From Candidatus Sumerlaeia bacterium (GTDB lineage Bacteria; Sumerlaeota; Sumerlaeia; SLMS01), in the NCBI GenBank assembly GCA_038208905.1, contig JBBQYG010000088.1, positions 1 through 15,797 of the forward strand: a DNA stretch of 15,797 nucleotides. Reading direction: 5' to 3'. A model generated the notes under the pieces. That model was not told the origin of the DNA and made no database searches. It was given only the letters and a program-made list of their open reading frames with translations. Positions 1-8,140 of this stretch are shown here, in pieces. The position numbers were made by a program, and so were the translations under genes. Numbering within the stretch: the first letter of the stretch is position 1; each line of letters starts with the position of its first letter.

Positions 1-216
1 CGAGGAGGTGGCGTTTCGGAGACTGTGGTGGAGGGGCAAACGGGTGCCTTTTTCGAGGACCCCGACGCCAAAAGCCTTGCTCGTCTCCTGAGGCGGCATG
101 AGGATGGAACCTATCGAACCGCGAGGATTCGCGCGCGCGCGGAGGAGTTTTCTCCCGAGGCCTTTCGTCGCGCGATTCTGGATTGGATCGAGAAGGAATC
201 GAGGTTTGTCTGGTGA
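1..216 (+). CDS. Glycosyltransferase family 4 (GT-B), C-terminal fragment (5' partial)
   Basis: Frame is open from base 1: RGGGVSETVVEGQTGAFF...IRARAEEFSPEAFRRAI, a typical GT4 C-terminus (GG-x-x-E-x-V-x-x-G-x-TG). Stop TGA 214-216 overlaps the next start (GTGA). Confidence 0.85.
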   Translation, partial: RGGGVSETVVEGQTGAFFEDPDAKSLARLLRRHEDGTYRTARIRARAEEFSPEAFRRAILDWIEKESRFVW

Positions 217-1715
217 GAGGACGAAAACGCGACCAGTTCGTCGTCCTGCAATACCTCAGCGATTCCCTGTCGGTCGCTGCGGGACTGCTCGGCGCCTATT
301 GGCTTCGATTCATGAGCGGGCTCGACCCCGACGCCGTCGCCTCCACCAACTACATCGTTCAGTTCTGGTGGGCCCTTGGCCTGTGGCTGGCCTGCCTCTC
401 GTTCTCCGGCGTCGTTGCGGCCCACCCACGCGTCATCAGCTTCAACCGCGCGCGGCGCATCCTGTATGCGGGGGCGCTGGCCACGATGCTGATGGTGGTG
501 CGGAATCACTTCATGCGCGAGTACGATGTCGCACGACTGATCTACCCAATGGCGCTCCTCTGCGTGTCGGCAGTGGTCGTTCTGAACCGGTTCTTACTCC
601 AATGCTTCATCACGCGCTTCATGGTGACGCGCGGCGCCCAGAGTCGGGCCCTGATCGTGGGGCTCGGGCCGGTGGCGCTACGCCTGGCGGCGCGGTTCAA
701 GACCCACCGCGACATGGGCTACGAGCTGGCGGGCTTTGTCTCTCTCGACGATCAAAATATCGGCCAGCTCATCGGTGGCGTTCCCGTTCTGGGATCGCGC
801 GACGACCTGCGCCGCCTGATCCGCGACAACGGCGTGGAGGAAGTATTCGTAGCCCAGACGGACATCCCCAACGACACGTTCTTCCAGCTCTTCATCGACA
901 GCGAAAAGGAGTGGGCGCGCGTCAGCTTCGTCCCGTCGCTGGTCGAAATGATGCGCTCCCAGATCCACTACGACGAGGTCGCCGGAGTCCCCATCTACTC
1001 GATGCGGGAAACGCCGCTGCAAGGCTACAAGGCCTCCCTCAAGCGCGTGGCCGACATCATGGGCGCCGGCGCGGGGCTGTTCGTCCTGTCGCCCCTGTTG
1101 CTCGTGATCGCGATTCTGGTGAAGCGCAGTTCGCCGGGCCCCGTTCTCTACAAGCAGACGCGCCTTGGCCTGAACGGCGAGGAGTTCAAGATTTACAAGT
1201 TCCGCACGATGACCGTGGACGCCGAAGAGCACGGCCCCGCCTGGGGGCGGCAGGACGATCCCCGCTCGACGCCGATCGGGCGCTTCATGCGGACGTGGAA
1301 TATCGACGAGTTGCCGCAGCTCTACAACGTCCTGCGCGGAGACATGTCGCTGGTGGGCCCGCGCCCCGAGCGACCGTGGTTCGTTGACAGGTTCCGCGAG
1401 GTGTTCCCCCGCTATATGTCGCGCCACAACGTGAAGACGGGAATGACCGGCTGGGCCCAGGTCCACGGCCTTCGCGGCGACACGTCGATCCAGCAGCGCC
1501 TGCGCTATGATCTGTACTATATCGAAAACTGGTCGCACTGGCTGGACCTGAAGATCATCATCATGACGTTCTTCACGCCCAAGCGCCCACGGCGGCCACG
1601 CCTGCTGCGCGATCAGTCGATTCGCGGACTCCAGATGATCGTGGCTCCGCACGCAGAGCGCGTCGCCCCCCGCGAACCCGAGTTCAGCGCCGAGCGGCCC
1701 GTCGGGCGCGCGTAG
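213..1715 (+). CDS. wcaJ: Undecaprenyl-phosphate glucose phosphotransferase (WcaJ/WbaP-type priming glycosyltransferase)
   Basis: N-terminal TM helices, Rossmann-like ALIVGLG segment, and sugar-transferase motifs KRVADI, SPGPVLYKQTRLG, FKIYKFRTM, DELPQLYNVLRGDMSLVGPRPERP, VKTGMTGWAQVHG, DLYYIENWS. Start moved to GTG 213 (GTGA overlap, GAGG at 201-204). Sugar specificity is not provable from sequence. Confidence 0.88.
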   Translation: MRGRKRDQFVVLQYLSDSLSVAAGLLGAYWLRFMSGLDPDAVASTNYIVQFWWALGLWLACLSFSGVVAAHPRVISFNRARRILYAGALATMLMVVRNHFMREYDVARLIYPMALLCVSAVVVLNRFLLQCFITRFMVTRGAQSRALIVGLGPVALRLAARFKTHRDMGYELAGFVSLDDQNIGQLIGGVPVLGSRDDLRRLIRDNGVEEVFVAQTDIPNDTFFQLFIDSEKEWARVSFVPSLVEMMRSQIHYDEVAGVPIYSMRETPLQGYKASLKRVADIMGAGAGLFVLSPLLLVIAILVKRSSPGPVLYKQTRLGLNGEEFKIYKFRTMTVDAEEHGPAWGRQDDPRSTPIGRFMRTWNIDELPQLYNVLRGDMSLVGPRPERPWFVDRFREVFPRYMSRHNVKTGMTGWAQVHGLRGDTSIQQRLRYDLYYIENWSHWLDLKIIIMTFFTPKRPRRPRLLRDQSIRGLQMIVAPHAERVAPREPEFSAERPVGRA

Positions 1716-1842
1716 ATCCGGCCGTTCGAGGCATGCTGGGGTTGAAGGCCCGCCAATGCGCCGATTCTCCAAGGTCGCGTGGATGATTCGTTCCTCCGGT
1801 AGCTGGATCAACCCGCGGGTGCGTCGAAGGAGTTTGAAGCGG

Positions 1843-2640
1843 ATGGGTGGAACTCTCCGAGCTATTGTGACCGGTGCCCGAGGCACTCTCGGCGCCGTGC
1901 TTTGCCAGCGCATCGTCTCAGCGGGAGGCGAGGCCATTCCGTGGGACCGAGCCCGCGTGCCCATCGACGACTACGGCGCGATGGAGCACTTCGTTCGCGA
2001 AAGCGGAGCTTCCGCGATCTTTCACCTGGCCCTCGCCTCCAAGCCGACTGGCATCGAGAACGAGGGCTGGCTGGTCAACTGGCAGTGGCCCAGCGAGCTG
2101 GCCTGGATCGCCCGCCAACTTGGTGTTCCTTTTGTCTATACAAGCACCGTGATGGTCTACACCAATGCCGTTCCCGGTCCGCGCGATCCGGCCACGCCCG
2201 CCGACGAGACGGAGGGATACGGAGCCGAGAAACGCCGCGCGGAAGAGCAGGTTCTCCACCAGAATCCCGGCGCCATCGTCGCCCGCCTGGGCTGGCAAAT
2301 CGGCAGCGCGCCGGGAACCAACAACATGATCGACTTTCTGGAGCGGACGAATCGCGAATCGGGCGCCATCCGCGCCAGCACCCGCTGGATTCCCGCGTGC
2401 TCGTTCCTCGAGGACACCGCCGACGCGCTCCTCTCGCTTCCGGGGGCGGGATCGGGGATCCACCATGTGGAGGGGAACAGCACCGGCCTGGATTTCCATC
2501 GCATCGCCACCGGGCTCAATGCGCTCCACGGCAACCGATGGCGCATCGTGGCGACGGACGACTTCGTGCTGGATCAGCGGCTCCGCGACACACGGGTGCC
2601 GGTTGGTTGCGTCGAGGCAAGGCTACCCCCCGCAGCATAG
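1843..2640 (+). CDS. RmlD-like NAD(P)-dependent sugar-nucleotide reductase/epimerase (extended SDR)
   Basis: IVTGARGTLG Rossmann motif, YTSTVMVY, catalytic YGAEK (YxxxK), IVARLGW. AAGGAG at 1827-1832 precedes ATG 1843. Confidence 0.78.
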   Translation: MGGTLRAIVTGARGTLGAVLCQRIVSAGGEAIPWDRARVPIDDYGAMEHFVRESGASAIFHLALASKPTGIENEGWLVNWQWPSELAWIARQLGVPFVYTSTVMVYTNAVPGPRDPATPADETEGYGAEKRRAEEQVLHQNPGAIVARLGWQIGSAPGTNNMIDFLERTNRESGAIRASTRWIPACSFLEDTADALLSLPGAGSGIHHVEGNSTGLDFHRIATGLNALHGNRWRIVATDDFVLDQRLRDTRVPVGCVEARLPPAA

Positions 2641-3283
2641 CCGCTCCTGCGGCCAGTTCGCCACTTTCTGCGTCCGGATGATGTTCCCAAGGCCCACCGT
2701 GCCGTTGCTCGGATCGTAGGGAGCATCGAGCCCATTCAGCACGCGGGAATCGGGTTGAAGAAGTCTATCGGTGACACAGGATCGGCGTACTTCCTGTCAG
2801 GACCGAGGGAGAGGAGCTTCCACTCTCCGTAGCGCGCCAGCGCGCCGAGGTGGGAGCCGGGACCATCGGCCGCCTCGAGGGGAAGCGTGCCGCCGGGGGG
2901 CGTTTCGGCGAGGGACTCCGAAACTGGCAGGCTCCGGTTGTAAGTGCAGTGGGCAACGAGCGCGCCGACGACGGGATCGTTCTCCTTCGCCGTGAAGGGA
3001 TCGGCAAACGCGGTGCTGGTCAGGAACGCCACCGGTGTCGAGAGCTGCACGGGGAGGACCGCGAATAAGCCATCGTTGGGGGGTAGCGGTTGCTGTCGAT
3101 GCGATAGGCCTCCAAGGCCGTGGCCACGGACCGCAGGTCGCTCTGTACGCGCGAGACCTTGGCGCGCGTCTGGGCCTCCAGAAAGTTCGGCACGGCGATC
3201 GCCGCTAATATGGCGATGATTGCGACCACGATCAACAGGTCAAGAAGTGTAAAGGCATGACAGCGAATGGTCGGCTTGGGCAT
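2623..3283 (-). pseudogene. Frameshifted prepilin-type N-terminal cleavage/methylation domain protein (paralog of 10271..10984)
   Basis: Three consecutive frames rebuild one protein: MPKPTIRCHAFTLLDLLIVVAIIAILAAIAVPNFLEAQTRAK...NRYPP | NDGLFAVLPVQLSTPVAFLTS...DPF...WKLLSLGPD...FN | PDSRVLNGLDAPYDPSNGTVGLGNIIRTQK...stop at 2625-2623. One base is missing at the G6 run 3078-3083 and one near 2745-2754. The conserved pilin E5 is D. Confidence 0.85.
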
Positions 3284-3303
3284 GGTTCCAAGTGGATGGA
3301 TGA

Positions 3304-3333
3304 ATGAAATCGGGGCGCACGATTCGCGCCCCG
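3304..3333 (-). terminator. Probable intrinsic terminator downstream of the cNMP-domain gene
   Basis: 8-bp stem CGGGGCGC (3311-3318) / GCGCCCCG (3326-3333), followed on the minus strand by ATTTCATT. The U-tract is imperfect. Confidence 0.5.
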
Positions 3334-3393
3334 GGGGTGGCTTGGATCGATCCCGCATCCGGACAGTTCCCGGACCCTCGGATGCCTGCGGAG

Positions 3394-3810
3394 CTATGGC
3401 GTGTAGTTGGAAATGCGTTGGAAGGCAATCTTCTCCAGCACCGGGCCCAGCGTCTGGCGCAGGTCCACCTTGAGCGCGGCGAAATCCCACTCCATCACCT
3501 CGCACTTTTCGGCGGCCATGATCGTGGCGGTGCGCGTCTCGTTGGGGTTGAAGAGGCCGACCTCGCCCAAGAGGGTACCCTTCCCATAGCGCATAAGTTC
3601 CTTCCTTGCCGTCTCGTCCAGCAGGGAAAGCTCGCCGGACACCAACAGGAAGAACCGCGCCTCGGTTGGCTCGCCCTTGCGGAACACGATGTCGCCCGCC
3701 GCGAAGGCCTTCGCCTGTGCGCCCCAGAATAGCTCCGCCAGCATTTCCCCGGGAAGCATGCTGCCGATCTCGGATTCGATAAGAGCCTGGCGCGCGGCGG
3801 CATAGTTCAT
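3394..3810 (-). CDS. Stand-alone cyclic nucleotide-binding domain protein
   Basis: FAAGDIVFRKGE, FFLLVSGEL, and phosphate-binding cassette LLGEVGLF...RTATIMA. No C-terminal HTH. AAGGA RBS upstream. Confidence 0.88.
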   Translation of the reverse strand: MNYAAARQALIESEIGSMLPGEMLAELFWGAQAKAFAAGDIVFRKGEPTEARFFLLVSGELSLLDETARKELMRYGKGTLLGEVGLFNPNETRTATIMAAEKCEVMEWDFAALKVDLRQTLGPVLEKIAFQRISNYTP

Positions 3811-4013
3811 GGCGTGGTCCTTACTGGGGGGATGCGGAAAAGGTTGCGGGCGTGCTGGCTCGGATCAACCCGAAAGGGCCATCCCTCGGCCGAGCGCGCG
3901 CGGGCCGGACATCGGCCAAGTCCAGGGTAACCATTCCGCCCAGATTGGAAGGTGAATGTTGGGGAATTGCACCATTGCAATGGGGTCACTTGTTTGCCTT
4001 GACTGAGAGCACC

Positions 4014-4038
4014 AACATGGACAACTTATATCTACTTT
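4014..4038. promoter_or_regulatory. Candidate Rrf2 autoregulatory operator (imperfect 10-5-10 inverted repeat)
   Basis: AACATGGACA-ACTTA-TATCTACTTT: 6/10 positions are symmetric, with a GAYA-N5-TRTC core. It is an AT-rich island just upstream of the rrf2 RBS, and TTGACT lies at 3999-4004. Confidence 0.5.
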
Positions 4039-4056
4039 ATCCGAAGGAGTGCTGTC

Positions 4057-4557
4057 ATGCTCAATCAAACGTCCGAAACCGCGATTCGCGCCCTGATCCT
4101 GATCGCCATGGCCGACAAGGAAAAGTTGATGACGCCCAAGGGAATCGCCGAGCAGCTCGGGACGTCGCCCAGCTATATGGCCAAGATTACTGGCGCCTTG
4201 GTGAAGGCGAACCTGCTTCGCTCCCAGCGCGGCGCAGCGGGCGGCGTGACGATGACGCGCGATCCCAAAACCGTTACCCTGCTCGCGATCCTGGAGGCCT
4301 GCCAGGGGCTCCTGATCGGCAACTACTGCGAGGCCATCGGCGATCACCCGGAGCCCGTTTGCGCCTACCACCTGGCGATGAAAGAGGCCCATCAGGCGTT
4401 GGTCTCCGTCTTCTCTCGCTGGACACTCGCGATGCTTCTCGCCAACCCCGGCCCCGCCGCCGACGGTCCCACGAACTGCAAGATGGGATTCTTCTGCCGC
4501 GACGGCAAGTACGTCTGCCTCGGCGCCAACGGTCTCGCCTGCGAGTCGGCGGTGTAG
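4057..4557 (+). CDS. Rrf2 family transcriptional regulator with Cys-rich C-terminal extension
   Basis: TSETAIRAL, wHTH IAEQLGTSPSYMAKI, wing SQRGAAGG, ITL-like VTLLAILEA. AAGGAG RBS at 4044-4049. Confidence 0.92.
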   Translation: MLNQTSETAIRALILIAMADKEKLMTPKGIAEQLGTSPSYMAKITGALVKANLLRSQRGAAGGVTMTRDPKTVTLLAILEACQGLLIGNYCEAIGDHPEPVCAYHLAMKEAHQALVSVFSRWTLAMLLANPGPAADGPTNCKMGFFCRDGKYVCLGANGLACESAV

Positions 4558-4629
4558 GCGACGGATTCCCGTTGTCGGCGGAACCCCCACCGGAAAGGCT
4601 CGCGGCGCTGGACAAGGAGCCGCCGCCCG

Positions 4630-5199
4630 ATGCCGGAAATTCGGATCGATAAAAACCCACTCACGATCGGCGAAGGCTTTCTGGCCTTCCTGCTGAGCCC
4701 GTGGGTGTGCGCGGTGGCATTGGTCGGACTGCTGGTCGGGGTGCTGGTGATCCCGCCACAGGGCTTCACGGTATCCACCTGCGGCATGATGCGGATGATG
4801 CACACGCCGTGCCCCGGCTGCGGGCTCACGCGGTCGGTCTCCTCCGTGCTGCACGGGCGATTCGTGGCGGCGTGGGAGTACAACCCATTCGGCTATCTAA
4901 TTGCCGGGCTTTTCATCGTGCTTGGCCCCATGACAGCGATGCCGGGGCGCTGGCGTGCGGCGCTCAGGAATCGGCTCGGGCGATGGGGAAACGGAATTGC
5001 CATCGCGGCGGGGATCGTTCTGGCCGGATTGATTGTCCACGGAGTGGTGCGCGCGGCGCTAGTCATGGGCGAACACCCTAGCTACCTGTGGTGGAAGCAG
5101 GGCGGCCCCGCCCCGACGTTGCAGCGCGAGGGCATCGTGCCAGCGAAGAACATCCCCCTCCTATGGGGATCGCAGGACGAGGAAAGCACCACAGGCTGA
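4630..5199 (+). CDS. DUF2752 domain membrane protein
   Basis: Signature C-x(9)-CPGCGLTRS...LHG...A..YNP with flanking TM helices. AAGGAG RBS at 4614-4619. Confidence 0.85.
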   Translation: MPEIRIDKNPLTIGEGFLAFLLSPWVCAVALVGLLVGVLVIPPQGFTVSTCGMMRMMHTPCPGCGLTRSVSSVLHGRFVAAWEYNPFGYLIAGLFIVLGPMTAMPGRWRAALRNRLGRWGNGIAIAAGIVLAGLIVHGVVRAALVMGEHPSYLWWKQGGPAPTLQREGIVPAKNIPLLWGSQDEESTTG

Positions 5200-5214
5200 G
5201 GGAGAAACGACGCG

Positions 5215-6753
5215 ATGGCATACCGGATGATTCTTGGAGCCGCAACGCTGGCGCTGGCCGCCACCGCCCCCGCGCAGACGGGCACTTGGGAGGACATCGG
5301 CGCGGGTTCCGGCAGCCTGCCGGGGATCATGCGGCTTTCGGAGTTTGACGACGCCGTTCCCGCAACGAATCGCCGCGAGTATTTCCCGCGCCTCGCGGTG
5401 GTTCAGGAGCAGTTGCCCGTGCTCCTCTTCAACTCCTCCACCACGAATCTGGCCTTCAATCGCAACGCCACCCACGCGGTCGCTTGGTCGGGGACGGCGT
5501 GGGCTTTTCTCTCCTCCGCCAGCGGCGGGCGCGTCCTTCCCGGCATCGAGACGTGGCCCGGTACGGGTGTCTCCATCGCGGCCACGGCTGATCAGCTCTT
5601 CGCCGGCGCGCGCGGCACGGTGAACCGCATTGCGGCGGACGCCAACGCGGCGGCCTTCGACAGCTCCGGCGTATGGGAGCCGCGCGGGACATCGCTCGCT
5701 GACGGCGGCATCACGCTCGCCGATTCGCTGGAGACCCAGACATACGAAGTCGCCACAGGCATCGCCCCCAATGGGAGCCCAGCCCTTGTCTATACGAAGG
5801 GCCCAGCGCTCCAGCACGAGCTTTACTTCGCGTTCTTCAACGGCACGGCATGGGTCGGCCTGGGAGGTTCCCATACCACCCCCATCGCCACCAGCCCCAA
5901 CGACACGGTCACGAATCTGCACCCGGCCATCGCGTATCTGGGCAATGATCCCGTAGTTTTCTGGACCCGGCGGCAGAACATCAGCGAGACGGTGCTGGCG
6001 TTGCGCTGGAGCACCACCAACGGCGCGTGGGGTCCGCTCACCGGCACGGTCTCGCCGACGGTGGTCGGCCTTGGCCGCAGGCCGCAGGCGGCCCAGCTTT
6101 CCGGCTCTCCGCAGTTCCATCTCGCTTTCGAGAACCTGACCGACAACAGTCTGAAGCTGCTCCTATGGAACGGCACCGCCCTCGTGGACGATGGCAATCC
6201 GCTGGCGCCGTGGGACCTCACCGCTATCGCGCCGCTGAACGATGTGGCACCATCCGCGCCGGACCCCGCGGCATCGTCCATCGCGCTCGCGCTGGATTCT
6301 TTCGAGCGCCCCCTCGTCGCCTTCCGCGCCGAGTCCCCCGCCGACAGCGGCGAGTACCAGATATTCGTCTCGTGGAAGGACGAGCGCGCCCGCTGGGCCG
6401 CGATTGGCGACAAGACAACCGGCACCGGGTCGAGTGGCGTGGACTACTCGCTGGAGGGAATCGCGCGCAAGGTCCTCGGCGCCCACGCGCCGACGCTTTC
6501 CATCGCGGAGGACAACCGCCCCGTGCTGTCATGGGATTTCGACAACGGCATCGCCGCCCAGGCGATCCTCGTCAAGCGCTGGAGCAATCCCCTCTTCATC
6601 CGCAAGCCCGAACCGGCGGTGGCGTTCCGCCAGGCCATTGACCGCATCCTTGGCAGGATCCCCAGCGATCCCATCTTCGAATTCACGCTCGACGAGAATG
6701 TGGACGGCAAGATCGACGCGGCGGATGTGCGGCGCATTTTCCTGCTGTTGTAA
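5215..6753 (+). CDS. Secreted protein with W-x-G-x-x-W repeats (beta-propeller-like) and a C-terminal dockerin/EF-hand-like motif
   Basis: Signal peptide MAYRMILGAATLALAATAPA-Q; repeated WSGTAW/FNGTAW/WNGTAL segments each followed by P-x-(I/L)-A...P-x-V-x-W strands; tail DENVDGKIDAADV. GGGAG RBS. Confidence 0.72.
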   Translation: MAYRMILGAATLALAATAPAQTGTWEDIGAGSGSLPGIMRLSEFDDAVPATNRREYFPRLAVVQEQLPVLLFNSSTTNLAFNRNATHAVAWSGTAWAFLSSASGGRVLPGIETWPGTGVSIAATADQLFAGARGTVNRIAADANAAAFDSSGVWEPRGTSLADGGITLADSLETQTYEVATGIAPNGSPALVYTKGPALQHELYFAFFNGTAWVGLGGSHTTPIATSPNDTVTNLHPAIAYLGNDPVVFWTRRQNISETVLALRWSTTNGAWGPLTGTVSPTVVGLGRRPQAAQLSGSPQFHLAFENLTDNSLKLLLWNGTALVDDGNPLAPWDLTAIAPLNDVAPSAPDPAASSIALALDSFERPLVAFRAESPADSGEYQIFVSWKDERARWAAIGDKTTGTGSSGVDYSLEGIARKVLGAHAPTLSIAEDNRPVLSWDFDNGIAAQAILVKRWSNPLFIRKPEPAVAFRQAIDRILGRIPSDPIFEFTLDENVDGKIDAADVRRIFLLL

Positions 6754-6756
6754 GCG

Positions 6757-7986
6757 CTACTTTCGCGGCAGCTTCGAAACCGGCGTCACATCAATCCACG
6801 GCATGCGGTGGTCGCTTGCGTGCTCCGCCACAACCGTCCCCCAGTAATCGTGCTGGGCGGCGGGCCAGTACACTCCCCCGCCGAGAACGCGAAGGCCGCG
6901 CGATGGCAGCGCATAGTCGATCTGGCTGGTATCGCCCGATCCGAAGGTGTGGCGCTCCCGGAACATCGGCGCCCCCGGGGTTCTCCCCTTCAGCGAGCCG
7001 AAGCTGGATTGCAACGGCGTGGAATCCACGACGCGCGGATGGGTCAGGAGTTGCTGGATGGCGAACATGCCATCGTAGCGCGCGCCCTCCACGGGGGAGG
7101 CATTGAGGTCGCCGAGGACGACGAATTCCTTCTCGGGCGCGAGGCCGCCCCGCGTTCCGGTGTCGTCGTAGATGGATTCGGCGTTGTCCAGATAGAGCCT
7201 CCAGAATCGAATCTCATCGAAGTTGCGCCGCCCGTTGCGGTCCTCCGCGCCGTCGAAGCCCTGGGGCGTGGGGTGAGACAGGAGCAGGTGGATCGTACTG
7301 CCGTTGACCGTGACCGGGACATCCCAATGGGACTTGCTGGAGAGGCGGAAGACGCGCAGGGCCTCCTCCGAATAGTAGCCTGCGGGGATGTGGTTTCCCG
7401 GCAGGTCGATCCATCGGTAGAGCCGGAACGTCCGCGCGGCATCATAGTCGATGGGGAACATCGAATAGAGCGCCATCGAGTACTGGCCCGGATAGTTCCC
7501 GTATCCAAAGCAGTCGTTGCCATAGTCGCGCGTGTTGACCTCCGCCATGGTGGCAGCGGTGCCGTTGTTGTCGAGATCCCGCCCGCTGAGGATCCCGGTA
7601 TTGCAGGGGCGGACGTAGATGTAGGGATAGATGATCGGCGAATCCCCGCGCATCAGGTAGTTGTCCTGAAATCGCACGGCGTTAAGCCACGGTTCCCGCT
7701 CGGCCGCGGGGGTGGAGTAGTCGTGATCCATTTCGTTGATCGCGAGGATGTCGGGTCTCACAGCCTGGATGACGCGCGCGGCGGAGAGCGCCTGGGCGTT
7801 GATCCCCGCGCCCTTGGCATCGACCTGGGTGAGCATCGCCGTGGACAGCTCGCGAATGTTGAAGGTGGCAATCCGGACGCCGCCATCGATGGGCGACTGA
7901 ACGGGGTCGAGGCCGGGGCCGCGCGCGCATCCGCCGAGGAGTACGGCGATGGCCAGCAGGGGGGTGGCGATCCGGAGAAATTGCAT
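6757..7986 (-). CDS. Endonuclease/exonuclease/phosphatase (EEP) family lipoprotein
   Basis: Lipobox LLGG-C after MQFLR; motifs ATFNI, PDILAINE, RLSSKSHWDVP, SHPTPQGFDG..DRNGRRNFDEI, LGDLNA, IDY, SDHR. Start set at ATG 7986 with AAGAGG upstream. Confidence 0.88.
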   Translation of the reverse strand: MQFLRIATPLLAIAVLLGGCARGPGLDPVQSPIDGGVRIATFNIRELSTAMLTQVDAKGAGINAQALSAARVIQAVRPDILAINEMDHDYSTPAAEREPWLNAVRFQDNYLMRGDSPIIYPYIYVRPCNTGILSGRDLDNNGTAATMAEVNTRDYGNDCFGYGNYPGQYSMALYSMFPIDYDAARTFRLYRWIDLPGNHIPAGYYSEEALRVFRLSSKSHWDVPVTVNGSTIHLLLSHPTPQGFDGAEDRNGRRNFDEIRFWRLYLDNAESIYDDTGTRGGLAPEKEFVVLGDLNASPVEGARYDGMFAIQQLLTHPRVVDSTPLQSSFGSLKGRTPGAPMFRERHTFGSGDTSQIDYALPSRGLRVLGGGVYWPAAQHDYWGTVVAEHASDHRMPWIDVTPVSKLPRK

Positions 7987-8140
7987 GGCGCTGGCCTCTT
8001 GGACGGCTGGCAAGGTGGTTCTGCCCAAGGAAAAAACCCTTGTGCGGACAACGGCAAGCTGACTTTCTTACGCCCCGTCGCGAAGTGGCCGTTTTTTGGC
8101 CGCCTTTCGCGGAAAATGACCCCGATCAGAGGCATTCTTC

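Noticed and set aside
3020-3505. 161-aa minus-strand ORF as a complete gene
   Set aside because: The N-terminal half overlaps the cNMP gene and terminator; only 3283-3078 is pilin-like, and the remainder is post-frameshift run-out.
3858-3940. GGAT-CAA-CCC-GAAA-GGG-CC-ATCC hairpin and nearby AGGGTAACCATTC, suggestive of a c-di-GMP-I riboswitch
   Set aside because: The required order GCAAA-stem-GAAA-stem-GACGCAAAGC is not present; a covariance-model search would be needed to revive it.
8080-8110. GCGAA-G-TGGCC...GGCC-GCCT-TTCGC hairpin upstream of the Tudor gene
   Set aside because: Imperfect stem with the T-run in the loop rather than after it; no match to a T-box or other leader I can recognise.
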